Below are positions 10,288 to 21,312 of a stretch of DNA of 64,000 nt, piece by piece. The DNA is from an uncultured Chloroflexia bacterium (GTDB lineage Bacteria; Chloroflexota; Limnocylindria; Limnocylindrales; CSP1-4). Location of the stretch: the NCBI GenBank assembly GCA_963738475.1, contig CAVTWU010000008.1, forward strand, positions 8,605 to 72,604, in the 5' to 3' direction. How positions within the stretch are numbered: position 1 is the stretch's first letter; every line of letters starts with the position of its first letter. The translations under genes were made by a program, and so were the position numbers. Under the pieces are notes generated by a model. That model was not told the DNA's origin and made no database searches. It saw only the letters and a program-made list of their open reading frames with translations.

Positions 10288-11581
10288 GTGAGCCAGCAAC
10301 CCGAGCCCGGCCGCGCCGGCCGGTATGCCCCGATGCCGGACGAGGCGCTCGACGCCCTCGTGACCGTGCTCGACGAGATCCGCCTGGGCCGGTCGAGCTC
10401 GCGCTCGGAGCTGGTCGCGCGGACCGGGCCTCAGCCGGGCGATCGTGGCCCAGCGGGTCGGCGAGCTGATCGAGCGCGGCCTCGTCACCGAGGGCGATGT
10501 CGGGCCGAGCACCGGCGGTCGACCGCCACGCCAGCTCACCTTCCGGTCGGACGGCGGCTACGTCCTGGTCGCGGACCTCGGCGCGACCAGCATCGACGTG
10601 GCGGTGACGACGCTGGACGGCCGGATCCTGGGCCACCACGACGAGCCGGCCCGGATCGAGGCCGGCCCGGAGCGCTGCCTGGACCGGGTCGATGCGCTGG
10701 TCGGCCTCGCTGCTGCGGACGACGGAAGGCCTGCCCGGCCGGCTGTGGGGGATCGGCATCGGCGTCCCGGGTCCGGTGGAGTTCGAGGCCGGCCGGCCGA
10801 TCTCGCCGCCGATCATGCCCGGCTGGGACGGCTACCCGATCCGCGAGCGGTTCGCCGCGCGCTACGGCGCCCCGGTCTGGGTGGACAACGACGTCAACGT
10901 GCTGGCGCTCGGGGAGTGGCGGTCGGGCGTCGCGGCCGGCCACGACAACGTCGTCGTCGTGAAGATCGGCACCGGCGTCGGGGCCGGGATCATCTCCGAC
11001 GGTCATCTCCATCGGGCGCCAGGGCAGTGCCGGCGACGTCGGCCACATCCAGGTCACGGACGATCCGGCCGTCGTCTGCCGCTGCGGCAACATCGGCTGC
11101 CTGGAGGCGCTCGCCGGCGGCGCGGCGCTGGCCCGGGCGGGCGAGGCGGCCGCCCGGGACGGCCGCAGCCAGCGGCTGCTGGCCGCACTGGATCAGCGCG
11201 GATCGGTGACCGCGGAGGACGTCGCCCGCGCGGCGTCGTTCGGCGATCCGGTGGCGATGGCCCTGCTGCAGGACGCCGGTCGGCGCGTCGGCTCGATGCT
11301 CGCGAGCGTCGTGAACTTCTTCAACCCGTCGCTGATCGTCATCGGCGGCGGCGTCGCCAACAGCCCGGACCAGTTCCTGGCGTCGATCCGCGAGACGGTC
11401 TACCGACGCTCGCTGCCGCTGGCGACGCGCGACCTGCTCGTCCAGCGCTCGTCGCTCGGCGGCCTCGCCGGCGTCATCGGGGCGTCGTCGATGGTCGTCG
11501 ACCAGCTCTTCTCGCGCGAGTCGATCGGCCGCTGGATCGACCTCGGCGACCCGTCCGGCGTCGAGGTCGCTCTCCGCGTAG
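10288..11581 (+). CDS. ROK-family transcriptional regulator (wHTH + ROK domain), several frame breaks; 3' end uncertain
   Basis: w[28 protein letters not shown] (ORFs 10120.. and 10445..), then [51 protein letters not shown] (ORF 10692..), the Zn motif [23 protein letters not shown], and [17 protein letters not shown] (ORF 11206..). Confidence 0.8.
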
Positions 11582-11604
11582 GCCGGACGCCGGGCGCGGC
11601 GCGC

Positions 11605-12810
11605 TCAGCCGCCGGCGACGACCCGATCCGTGAAGTCGCCGGACGCCGGGTCCTTGAGGATGAGCTTGTGGCGCCCGTCCGGCAGGATCTCGCGCTTGAT
11701 GACGACCTGGCCCTCGTAGGTCTCGGGCGTCGAGGCGATCCGCGGCGTCGAACCGCCGCGCCAGTCGAGCTCGACCGGCGCCCAGGCGTTGGCCTTCGCG
11801 GACCGATAGCAGGCGTCCATGATCGCGTTCACGACGTAGCCGTCGTAGAACGTCTCCTGCGGCGCGCGCGCCCGCGTCGATCGCCCGGAACATGTCGCTG
11901 AACATGTCCACGTAGCCGAGCTCGGACACCTCGTCGCCGACCGGGAACAGCCAGCCCGCGCTCGATCTCGGCCTTCTCGGCGACGTAGCCGCCGCCGGCC
12001 CCGGGCGCGCTGAACATCTCGAACCCGGTGCGCAGGAAGTGGTTCATCCAGATCGTGCCGTGGGTGCCGGCGACCTCGTCGCGCAGGTCCATCCCGCCAC
12101 GGAACGTCCAGCTGACCTCGAACTGGCCGATGGCCCCCGACTCGAACCTGATGAGCGCGACCGCGTTGTCCTCGTCGGCGATCGGGTGGACCAGCGTGTC
12201 GGTGTGGCACAGGACCTCGACCGGCCGGTTGCCCTTGCCGACGAAGTTGCGGACGATCTCGATGCAGTGGCAGCCGAGGTCGATGATCGCGCCGCCGCCG
12301 GTCAGCCGGCCGTCCCAGAACCACGCGGAGTGCGGTCCGGGATGGGTCTCGCGCGAGCGGACCCAGGTCACGTCGCCGATGGCGCCCGCCCGCACCGACG
12401 CGATCGCCTTGAGCGTCTTGGGCGTGTAGCACAGGTCCTCGAGGTAGCCGCCGAAGACGCCGGCCGACTCGACCATGTCGAGCATCCGCTTGGCCTCGGC
12501 CGCCGTCCGCCCGAGCGGCTTCGTGCACAGCACGGCCTTGCCGGCCGCCGCGGCCAGCCCGACCGCCTCCTCGTGGAGGAAGTTGGGCAGCGCCACGACG
12601 ACGACGTCCGTGTCGGGGTGCTCGACGGCCGCCTTCAGGTCCGTCGTGGACTCGGGGATGCGACCAGCGCTCGCGGAACGCCGCGCCGCGGCCCTCGCTT
12701 CGCGAGTAGACGACGCTGACCTGGTCGCGTCCGCGCTGGCCGTGGAGCGTGTTCGTGTAGAAGTCGCTGATGAGTCCGGTGCCGAGCATCGAGATCCGGT
12801 GGCCGTCCAT
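11605..12810 (-). CDS. Gfo/Idh/MocA family oxidoreductase, frame broken
   Basis: ORF 11605..12810 start [22 protein letters not shown]. Core in ORF 11829..12902 ([37 protein letters not shown]). C-terminus ..[46 protein letters not shown] lies before ATG 12810. Confidence 0.85.
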   Translation of the reverse strand: MDGHRISMLGTGLISDFYTNTLHGQRGRDQVSVVYSRSEGRGAAFRERWSHPRVHDGPEGGRRAPRHGRRRRGAAQLPPRGGGRAGRGGRQGRAVHEAARADGGRGQADARHGRVGRRLRRLPRGPVLHAQDAQGDRVGAGGRHRRRDLGPLARDPSRTALRVVLGRPADRRRRDHRPRLPLHRDRPQLRRQGQPAGRGPVPHRHAGPPDRRRGQRGRAHQVRVGGHRPVRGQLDVPWRDGPARRGRRHPRHDLDEPLPAHRVRDVQRARGRRRLRRREGRDRARAGCSRSATRCPSSATWTCSATCSGRSTRARAPQETFYDGYVVNAIMDACYRSAKANAWAPVELDWRGGSTPRIASTPETYEGQVVIKREILPDGRHKLILKDPASGDFTDRVVAGG

Positions 12811-12822
12811 GGGTGCCTCCTC

Positions 12823-13869
12823 CTACGCGGTGCACGGGGTGGTGACCGAGGACCAGGTCGCGCCCGGCGACCATGGCCGCGAGCTTGGCGCGCGTCGCCC
12901 ATCGGGCGGTCTGGCTGAACCCGCAGTCCGGGACCAGCGTCAGCCGCTCCGGCGGCACGCCGACGGCCAGGATCGCCTCGGTCCGCTCGGCGACCTCGTC
13001 GGGTGACTCCAGGTGGTAGTTCTTGACGTCGATGACGCCGGCGGCGACGTCACGCCCGGCGGCGGCGATCTCGCCCAGGATGGCGACCTCGGCCATCTCC
13101 CGGTTCGCGAACTCGAGGACGAGCTCGTCGACATCGAACCGGAGCATCGCGTCCAGGACCGGGCGGTACGTCCGCCGGGCCAGCGGCCGGCCGAGGTAGT
13201 TCCCGAAGCACAGGTGCGCCCCGAGCCGGACCTTGCCGACGACCGGCGCGACCGCGGCGTTGAACAGCGCCGAGAAGTCGGACGGGGCCTCCGGGTGGAT
13301 CGCCGGCGACGGGTCGTCGATCTGGATGAACGTCGCGCCCTCGGCCGCGAGCCCCTCGATCTCGGCCCGCAGGATCGGCACGAACGCCTCGGCGGCGTCG
13401 TTGCGGTGCGGGTAGACCTGGCCCGGCCCGTAGGTCAGGCGCCCGGACAGGGTGTACGGGCCCGGGGATGGTCACCTTGAGCGGCCGGGTCGTGCGGGTC
13501 CGCGCGTAGCGGTACTCGGCGACGACGCCCAGGCCGTCGGGCGCGGCGATCGGCTCGAGGACCTCGAAGCGGTGCTGCTGGTCGTGGCCGCCGGCCCCCA
13601 GCCGCCGATCCGGCGGGGAGCGCCCGGACGCCGGTCAGGTGCCGGTAGAACTCCGCGGTGAAGAACCCGGCCCGGCGCATCTCGCCGTCGCACACGATGT
13701 CGATGCCGGCGGCCTCCTGGTCGCGGATCGCGAGGTCCACCGCGTCGTCGAGCATCTCGTCGAGGTCGGCCGGACCGAAGTCGCCGCGCTGCGCCGCCTC
13801 GATGCCGGACACGAACCACGACGGGCGCGCGTGCGAGCCCACGACGCTGGTCAGGAGTCGGTCGGTCAC
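12823..13869 (-). CDS. cobalamin-independent methionine synthase family (MetE C-terminal-like / Meth_synt_2) protein, frame broken
   Basis: ORF 13435..13869 [29 protein letters not shown]; ORF 12635..13381 ([57 protein letters not shown]). Stop inferred at TAG 12825-12823 after an indel. Confidence 0.7.
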
Positions 13870-14837
13870 GCGTCACCCTCCGCGATCGTCGGGGCGAAGG
13901 CGAACGCCCGCGCCGGAGCCTCCACGAACCATCGATGCCGGACGGTCTCGTCCAGCCCGCGCTCGGCCATGAGCGCGGTGAACCCGTCGAGCAGCCAGGT
14001 CAGGCCCGGCGCCCCATCGTAGACGTGGTAGTAGCCCCGTCGCGCGGCGTCCATCCCGAGGAGGATCTGGCCGTCCAGCCCGTCCTCGACGGCCCATTCG
14101 AGCAGCTGCAGCGTGCCGTTCGCCTCCTTCCAGCGGAACGACTGGTCGTACTCGCCGAACGCGCCACTCCCCAGGAGCTCGCGGTGGTACTCGCGATCCA
14201 CCACCTTGTCGACATGGCTGAACGCGATGTGCGCGGGCGGCACGCCCAGGTCGGTCAGCAGGCGGAGCTGGTCCAGGGCGCCGGTGCCGGCCTCGCAGTG
14301 GGTCAGGATCGGCACCCCGGTCGCGAGGTGGGCGAGCGCGGCCGCCTCGAACACCCGCCGGTCCCGGTCGGATGGGCCGTCCGTGCTGCCGGCGATCTTG
14401 ATCACCCCGGCCCGATGGTTCGTCCGCTCGACGACCGGCCCGCTGTAGTCGTACAGGTCGATGCCGTCGGTGACATCGAGGACGAACAGCGTCGCGATCT
14501 CCTCGACCCGGAGCCGCGCGCTCCAGTGCGCCGGACCGTAGTAGCGATCGTGGTGCAGGCCGGTCGGGGCGATGACGTGGATCCCCGCCCGGCGCGAGAG
14601 GTCGGCCAGCTTGAGGGCACTCCGGCCGGCATCGCACGGCATCGCATCCACCACGGCACGCAACCCGAGCGCGGTCGCCTCGCCGACCTCGCGGACCATC
14701 GCGTCCACGTCGCCGAGGTCGAAGTCCGGCTCCATGAGGACCGGCCGGCCACCGTCGATGACGACGTGCTCGTGCGCGTACGTGACGCCGAGGTCGGCGG
14801 GCGCGATGTCGCCGAGGACGGTCCGGACGAACGTCAT
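13866..14837 (-). CDS. phosphotriesterase-homology protein (PHP; amidohydrolase superfamily), intact
   Basis: Inside ORF 13866..14996 from M54: MTFVRTVLGDIAPADLGVTYAHEHVVIDGG..APTGLHHDRYYG..AGVIKIAGS..PILTHCEAGTG..FSHVDK..LLGMDAARRGYY. Metal-ligand pattern HxH..H..H..D is present. ATGA overlaps at both ends. Confidence 0.85.
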   Translation of the reverse strand: MTFVRTVLGDIAPADLGVTYAHEHVVIDGGRPVLMEPDFDLGDVDAMVREVGEATALGLRAVVDAMPCDAGRSALKLADLSRRAGIHVIAPTGLHHDRYYGPAHWSARLRVEEIATLFVLDVTDGIDLYDYSGPVVERTNHRAGVIKIAGSTDGPSDRDRRVFEAAALAHLATGVPILTHCEAGTGALDQLRLLTDLGVPPAHIAFSHVDKVVDREYHRELLGSGAFGEYDQSFRWKEANGTLQLLEWAVEDGLDGQILLGMDAARRGYYHVYDGAPGLTWLLDGFTALMAERGLDETVRHRWFVEAPARAFAFAPTIAEGDA

Positions 14838-16189
14838 CGGCAGCGGCCTCCTTGATGTGTCGCCAGGCGCAGGATCGCGCCATCCGCCTCGAGGCGGGCT
14901 CGGAGCACGGCGTGGTCCACGTCGCGCGGATCGTGACCGCGGCTCGTGACCGCGAGCGCGGCGGCCGTCCCGGCGGCCTGGCCCATCGCCATGCACTGGG
15001 CCATGGACCGGACCGAGGCATGCGCGTCGTGCGTCGCCGAGAAGCAGCGCCCGGCGACCAGCACGTTGGCGGCGTCGCGGACGACCAGCGCTCGATAGGG
15101 GATGCCGACCGCCGCGCCGTCCGGCAGGTACTGCCCAGGTCGTGTCCGTCGCCGCCGTGGTGGTCCTCGATCGGGGCGCCGCACAGGCCGATGGCGTCGT
15201 CGAAGTCCCGGGCCGACAGGACGTCGTCGCGGGTCAGCCGGTAGTCGCCGTACACGCGCCGCGTCTCGCGGACCCCGATGCCCGTCCCGAGTCCGACGAG
15301 CGACGCGCGCTTCGTAGCCGGGCACGCGGTCGACCAGGAACCGGGCGTACTCGAGGGCCTGGCGCCGGCCGGCGATCTCGGCATCGGTCAGGAACCACGG
15401 GTCGGTCGGGTTGACGATGCGGCCGTCGTCGGTCGCGGCGGGTCGAGGGCAGGCGGGTCATGACCGTGGCGGTCACCCCATCGATCGGCGTGATGTGATC
15501 GCTGCCCTCCCGGCGGGGCAGGTCGTACCCGCCGGCCTCGGCGGCCTCCGCCATGAGCCGGTGGAGCTCGGCGGTGTCGATCGTCCGCCGCCGCTCGAGG
15601 TCCACGTTGGCCATCCGGAACGTCGTGGTCAGCGTCTGGGCCGGATCCAGCTCGCCGGCCGTCTCGTACCCGAACCCGGCGAACGCGCACAGGTCCGCGT
15701 CACCGGACGCATCGATGAAGGTCGTCGCGCGCACGCGCGCGAGGCCGGCCCGGGTCGCCACGACCAGCGGCGTCCGCCCGGCCGTCCCGGACCTCGACGT
15801 CCTGGACCGTGGCGTGCAGCAGGATCCGGACCCCGGCGTCGCGTCGCGAGGCGCTCCCAGACGACCTTGAGGTGATCCGCCAGGTAGGTGACCCCCGTCC
15901 CGGCGCCGTACGAGTTCGGTCGCTCGACGACCGGCCCGAGGGCCCGCAGCCCGGCCACGACGTCGTCGGCGATGCCGCCGACCACCTTGCGCGGCTCGGC
16001 GCCCGGCGTGTAGAAGCCGTAGAACGTGTCGAGGACCGCGGTGCTCGTCCCGCCCAGGAACGGCAGCCGATCGATGAGCAGGACCGAGGCGCCGGCCCGG
16101 GCGGCGGCGATGGCCGCGGTCGAGCCCGCGGACCCGGCCCCGACGACGCAGACATCGACCTCGGCGATCGTCGGCCAGCGGTCGCTCAC
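14834..16189 (-). CDS. FAD-dependent oxidoreductase (GxGxxG N-terminus), many frame breaks
   Basis: GTG 16189: VSDRWPTIAEVDVCVVGAGSAGSTAAIAAARAGASVLLIDRLPFLGGTST (ORF 15629..16606). Further pieces: FIDASGDADLCAFAGFGYE (ORF 15234..), GIGVRETRRVYGDYRLT (ORF 13873..), VLVAGRCFSATHDAHASVRSMAQCMAMGQAAG (ORF 14834..15325). Confidence 0.75.
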
Positions 16190-17016
16190 GGTCGGTCCGC
16201 CGTCGTCGAGATGACCGACCAGCCACCATCGACCGCGAGCGACTGGCCCGTGACGACACGCGACTCGTCGGACAGGAAGTAGATGGCGGCCTGGGCGACC
16301 TCGTCGGGATCCATCATCTCGCCGGCCAGCGGCTGCTTGCGGGCGGCGTAGGCCCGGATGTGCGGATCGGCGGCGGCGCGGCCGGCCATCGGCGTCGCGG
16401 TGAGCGACGGCGCGACGAGGTTGACCCGGATGCCCTCGGTCGCATAGGTCGCGGCCATGGTCGTCATCAGCGCCGTCAGCGCCCCCTTCGCGGCGGCATA
16501 TCCGTGGGTCGCGAACAGCTCCGGCACCGGGGCCTTGCGTCGTGACGCTGCCCAGCAGCAGGATGGATCCGCGCGTGCCGGAGTCGTTGGGCGGCTGGGC
16601 CCGCATCGCCCGGACGACGCTGGCGCAGGCGAGGATCTGGGTCCGCAGGTTGAGCGCCGCGCGTGGCCTCCCAGGCGTCGCCGGTCACGGTATGGATCGG
16701 TCCGTCGCCGAACCGTCGCCCGCTCCCGCCCGCCACGGAGAAGAAGCCATCGATCCGACCGTAGCGCGCCACGGCCGCCGCGACGGCGGCCTCGGTCTGG
16801 GCCTCGTCGGTCAGGTCGGCGGCCGCCCAGCCGGCGTCGACCGCCGTCGGCGACGAGCCGCTCCGCGAGCCCGCGAGCGTGGGCCTCGGTCCGCGAGACG
16901 ATGAAGACCGGCGCGCCCTCGGCCGCGCACCGGACGGCGGTCGCCTCGGCGATCCCGGTCGAGCCGGTGATGAGGCAGACCCGGTCGCGCAGCCGCCCGT
17001 GGGAGCGCGCGGTCAT
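16186..17016 (-). CDS. SDR-family oxidoreductase, frame broken in the middle
   Basis: ORF 16186..18159 contains MTARSHGRLRDRVCLITGSTGIAEAT.. and the C-terminus ..YAAAKGALTALMTTMAATYATEGIRVNLVAPS..VVTGQSLAVDGGWS (YxxxK). The middle is readable in ORFs 16476..16772 and 15629..16606. GTGA and ATGA overlaps with neighbours. Confidence 0.8.
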   Translation of the reverse strand: MTARSHGRLRDRVCLITGSTGIAEATAVRCAAEGAPVFIVSRTEAHARGLAERLVADGGRRRLGGRRPDRRGPDRGRRRGGRGALRSDRWLLLRGGRERATVRRRTDPYRDRRRLGGHARRSTCGPRSSPAPASSGRCGPSRPTTPARADPSCCWAASRRKAPVPELFATHGYAAAKGALTALMTTMAATYATEGIRVNLVAPSLTATPMAGRAAADPHIRAYAARKQPLAGEMMDPDEVAQAAIYFLSDESRVVTGQSLAVDGGWSVISTTADRP

Positions 17017-17975
17017 GGTCGGTCCAGGACGGCCCGGGCCGTCGCGGCGTCCGTGACGAGCATCCGGACGACGCCGGTCGCGAGGGCGCCGCGGATGGCC
17101 GCGGCCTTCTGCGTGCCGTACGCCACCGCGACGACCCGTGGGACGGCCCGGAGCGCGTCGACGCCGATGGCGATCGCCCGGGCCGCCAGATCCGGGGCGA
17201 CGAACGCGCCGGTCGCATCGAACGGGTGGACGACCAGGTCCCCGATCGCGCCTGCCGCGGCGAGCCGCTCGGACATCGGCGTCATCGAGGACGCCGGACC
17301 CGAGCAGCGACGACGCGGCCTCGCTGCCCGTCGACCGGCATCGCGCCGATCCCGACGATGGCGAGGTCCACCGAGCCGAAGCGGGCCACGGTCTCGGCGA
17401 CCTCCGGCTCCCGCAGCAGGGCGCTCCGCAGCGTCGCGTTCTCGACGAAGGCCGGGGCATAGATCGCCCGATGCGTCCCGCCCAGCCGTTCGGCCAGCCC
17501 GCGGGCCAGCTCCCCGGCGTCGAGACCGCGCCCCAGGCGCACGGAGCTGCCGGCGAGCTGGACCACCTCGACCGACGATCCGGGCGGCTCGGGATCTCGC
17601 GCACGACCGCGGCCAGCGTGGACCCCCAGGCGACCCCGACCACGTCGGTCGGCCCGATGAGCCCGTCGATGACCGGACCGGCCAGGCGGGCCACGCCGTC
17701 CGACGTGGCCGCCACGGCGCCGAGGCTCAGCCCGAAGCGCTCCTCGAGCGCCGTGGCGAGCGTGCGGTCCTCGGCGGGACGTCGCGGTACTCGATCCGGA
17801 CGAGACCGCTGGCAAGTGCGCCATCGAGCAGCCGCGCGACGCGGAACCGCGAGATGCCGAGGTGTGCGGCGATCTCCACCTTGGTCATCCCGCGATCGAA
17901 GACAGGCGGGCGACCTGGCGTTGCGAGGGAGGTCGCGGCTGCGGCTGTCGGCGGCTGGCCGACCTCGAGGGTCAT
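17013..17975 (-). CDS. SorC/DeoR-type sugar-binding transcriptional regulator, frame broken
   Basis: ORF 17727..17975 (MTKVEIAAHLGISRFRVARLLDGALASGLVRIEY). Sugar-binding domain pieces are in ORF 17282..17824 (..VVQLAGS..YAPAFVENATLRSALLREPEV..) and ORF 17013..17285 (..VVHPFDATGAFV..VAVAYGTQKAAAIRGALATGVV..LVTD). Confidence 0.75.
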
Positions 17976-18298
17976 CGCGACCGATGGTAGTCCTCGCCCA
18001 TCTGAGATACAAGTCGCTCATGTGAGCATCTCGCCCGGTGGGCCCGGGCACCGCCGTCCGGCACGCACCTGAGCGTGGGACATTGACGTCGACGCCATCC
18101 GCGGGTCTATGATTCACGCATCCCGAACGGCACCCACGCAGCGGCAGTCCGCGCGCCATGCCCGTCCGGTCCCCGCCTAACCGGTCCCCGCGACCGGCCC
18201 TTTCCCCTCAGGTGACCCTACCCAGATGCCCGGATCAGGCCCCGACCAGCGCAACCAGAGCTCCCGCAACCGACGACCTCGCCGCCGCGCCCCGATGA

Positions 18299-19721
18299 AT
18301 GCCCGCGTGCGCGCCCGTCAGCGAGTTCGAGGAACAGCAGGAACTCGAAGCCGCCCGCGAGCGGAACGACCTCGAGGTCGGCGACCTCCGCGAGATGAGC
18401 GTCGCCGAGCTGCGCCAGGTCTCGCGCGACCTCGAGGTCGACGCCGACGACCGGCGAGCGCAAGGACGACCTGGTCGACCGGATCCTCCAGGCCCAGACC
18501 GAGCGCGCCGGCCACGACTACGCCAGCGGCATCCTCGACATCGTCGACGAGGGCTTCGGCTTCATGCGCCGCCACGGCCTGCTGCCCAGCCCGGACGACG
18601 TCTACGTCAGCTCCAGCCAGGTCCGCCGCTTCGGCCTGCGCATCGGCGACCGCGTCGCCGGCGCCGTCCGCGCCCCGCGCGAGGCCGAGAAGTACTGGGG
18701 CATGCTCCGGGTCGACTCGGTCAACGGCGTCGACACCGAGACGGCCCGCCGCCGCCCGGTCTTCGGCGACCTGACCCCGGTCCACCCGGACGTCCTGATC
18801 AACCTCGAGACGGACCCCAAGAACCTGAGCCAGCGGCTGATCAACCTGGTCAACCCGATCGGCAAGGGCCAGCGCGCCCTCATCGTCAGCCCGCCGAAGG
18901 CCGGCAAGACGATGCTCCTCAAGCAGATCGCCAACGGCATCAGCGCCAACTACCCGGAGATCCTCCTGATGGTCGCCCTCATCGGCGAGCGACCCGAGGA
19001 AGTCACGGACATGCGCCGCAGCGTCAAGGGCGAGGTCATCAGCTCCACCTTCGACGAGCCGACCGAGAACCACACCCACGTCGCCGAGATGGCGCTCGAG
19101 ATCGCCAAGCGCCAGGTCGAGACCGGCCGCGACGTCGTCATCCTGCTCGACTCGATCACCCGCCTCGCGCGCGCCTACAACCTGGCCCTGCCGCCGTCCG
19201 GCCGGACGCTGTCGGGCGGCCTCGATCCCGATCGCCCTCTACCCGCCCAAGCGCTTCTTCGGCGCCGCGCGGAACATCGAGGAGGGCGGCTCGCTGACGA
19301 TCATCGGCACCTGCCTGGTCGACACCGGCTCGCGCATGGACGACGTCATCTACGAGGAGTTCAAGGGCACCGGCAACTCGGAGCTCATCCTCGACCGCAA
19401 GCTCGCCGAGAAGCGCATCTTCCCGTCGATCGACGTCCAGCGCTCCGGCACCCGCCGCGAGGAGCTGCTCCTCGAGGAGGGCACCCTCAAGATGGTCTGG
19501 ACGATGCGCCGGATGCTGTCCGCGGTCGGGGCCAACGAGGGCATCGAGATCCTGCTCAACCGCCTGGCCAAGACCCAGACCAACGCCGAATTCCTGGCGA
19601 CGCTGACCAAGAGCCTCGACAGCCTGACCGTTGCCGGGGAGCACCCGGAACGCGTCCCGCGGGCTGCGAGGCGTTTGCCACGTCCTTCGAGCCCATGGTA
19701 CGGTTCGCCGCGATGTCGTAA
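18299..19721 (+). CDS. rho: transcription termination factor Rho, frameshifted (~18460, ~19230); 3' end uncertain (19627 or 19721)
   Basis: ORF 18564..19721: ..[85 protein letters not shown] 19336..19860: ..[44 protein letters not shown]. Confidence 0.9.
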
Positions 19722-19738
19722 GCCCGTCGTCAACGGGC
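19722..19738 (+). terminator. small hairpin gcccgt-cgtca-acgggc directly after a TAA stop
   Basis: Read directly. 6-bp stem followed by gttcgg (weak T content). Confidence 0.25.
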
Positions 19739-19957
19739 GTTCGGCCGCGAAGAAGAGAACCCCAGCTCGAATCCGCGACCCTCGGACGGTCCGCCGATCC
19801 CCAGTCCCCGCGCCCCCACGCGCCCGCGACCGTCCACACGCCAGGAGACCGTATTGCTGAACGCACCGGTCGGCGTCCAGCGCGTCATCGGACGCCTGCG
19901 TCGACCTAGCAGCGAAGGCCCGACACCGCGCGACCCTCCCGACCCGCAGCCTTCGCC

Positions 19958-21241
19958 ATGGCTGCGCCAGGTCCGGACCCGGCTGCGTGCAGTCGCCGGC
20001 ATCGCGCACCTGCCTGCCGGCACGCGCCCGGCCGTCGGACCGCCGCCTGCGGCCCGACCGCTTCGTCGAAGCCTGATCGGCCGGCTCGGCCAGGACCGCG
20101 TCCTCGCGGTCGTCGGTCGCCGGCATCGTCCTCGTCGCCTCCGTCGCGAGCGTCTCCGCCAGCGGCCGTCGGGACCGGTCGGCGGCCCGGACGGCGACGG
20201 CGCCGGCACCCGCGGCGTCGTCGGTCGGCGGCGACACCGGCGACCGACGGCACGACACGGCCGAGGGCGGCGACCGTCGACGGCGCCGTACCCGCAGCGA
20301 CCCGGCCGATCGTCGCCGAGCTCGGCCGCCGCCGAGGCGCTGCGTCCAGGACGAGACCGCCGTCGAGGGCCCGTTCCTCGAGGACGGCACGCTGCTCAAG
20401 CCGGTCGCGGTCAACACGACCGTCGAGGACGGCAGCGGACCTGCTGCGGACCTACAAGGTCAAGGCCGGCGACACGCTGACCGGCATCGCCAGCAAGTTC
20501 GACGTCTCGATGATGACCATCTGGTGGGCGAACCAGCTCAAGTCCAAGGACGACCTCCACATCGGCCAGGTCCTGACGATCCCGCCGGTCACCGGCCTCG
20601 TCGTCACGGTCAAGGCGACCGACACGCTCGACTCGATCGCGGACCGCTACAAGCGTCGACGCGGCCGACATCCTCGACCGACGAACGGCCTCGACGACCC
20701 GAACCTCGTCATCGGCCAGGTCGCTCGTCGTCCCGGGCGCCGCGGGCAAGGCCATCCCGACGCCGAAGCCGCCCAAGGTCGTCAAGACCGACCACCACGC
20801 CGCGCTCGCCACCAGCGGCGGCGGCGGCGGCGGCACGTCAGCCCGCCGCGCCACTACAACGGCGGGCGATTCGGCTGGCCGGTCGTCGGCGGCGGCAACT
20901 ACATCAGCCAGTACTTCCACTACGGCCACTACGGCGCTCGACATCGCCGCCGACTACGGCTCGCCGCGTGCGCGCGGCGGCCGGCGGGACGGTGATCTTC
21001 GCCGGCTGGAAGAGCAACGGCGGCGGCTACCAGGTCTGGATCGCCCACGGCTCCGGGCTGTACACGACGTACAACCACATGTCGGCGGTCACGGTCGGGC
21101 GCGGCCAGCCGTCGGCCGCGGCCAGCAGGTCGGCCGGGTCGGCCAGTCCGGCAACGCGACCGGCCCGCACCTCCACTTCGAGGTCTGGAGGGGCCCCGTC
21201 TGGGACGGCGGCACCGCGTCAACCCGCTCGGCTACCTGTAG
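19958..21241 (+). CDS. LysM-domain M23 family peptidoglycan endopeptidase, frame broken; start uncertain
   Basis: ORF 19958..20995: two LysM-like repeats (YKVKAGDTLTGIASKFDVSMMTIWWANQL.., VTVKATDTLDSIADRY). M23 core: ORF 20524..21258 (GTVIFAGWKSNGGGYQVWIAHGSGLYTTYNHMS) and own translation SGNATGPHLHFEVWRGPVWDGG..NPLGYL, stop TAG 21239-21241. Confidence 0.8.
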
Positions 21242-21312
21242 GACGTCGCCGCGCCTGATCCCGGTCCGCCGTCGCGGCGGTCGCCGCGGTCGGCTGTGCG
21301 AGAATCGCCCTG

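Noticed and set aside
18015-18026. gctca-tg-tgagc inverted repeat upstream of the SorC regulator, considered as its operator
   Set aside because: The arms are only 5 bp, it occurs once, and there is nothing to compare it with. This is too weak to call.
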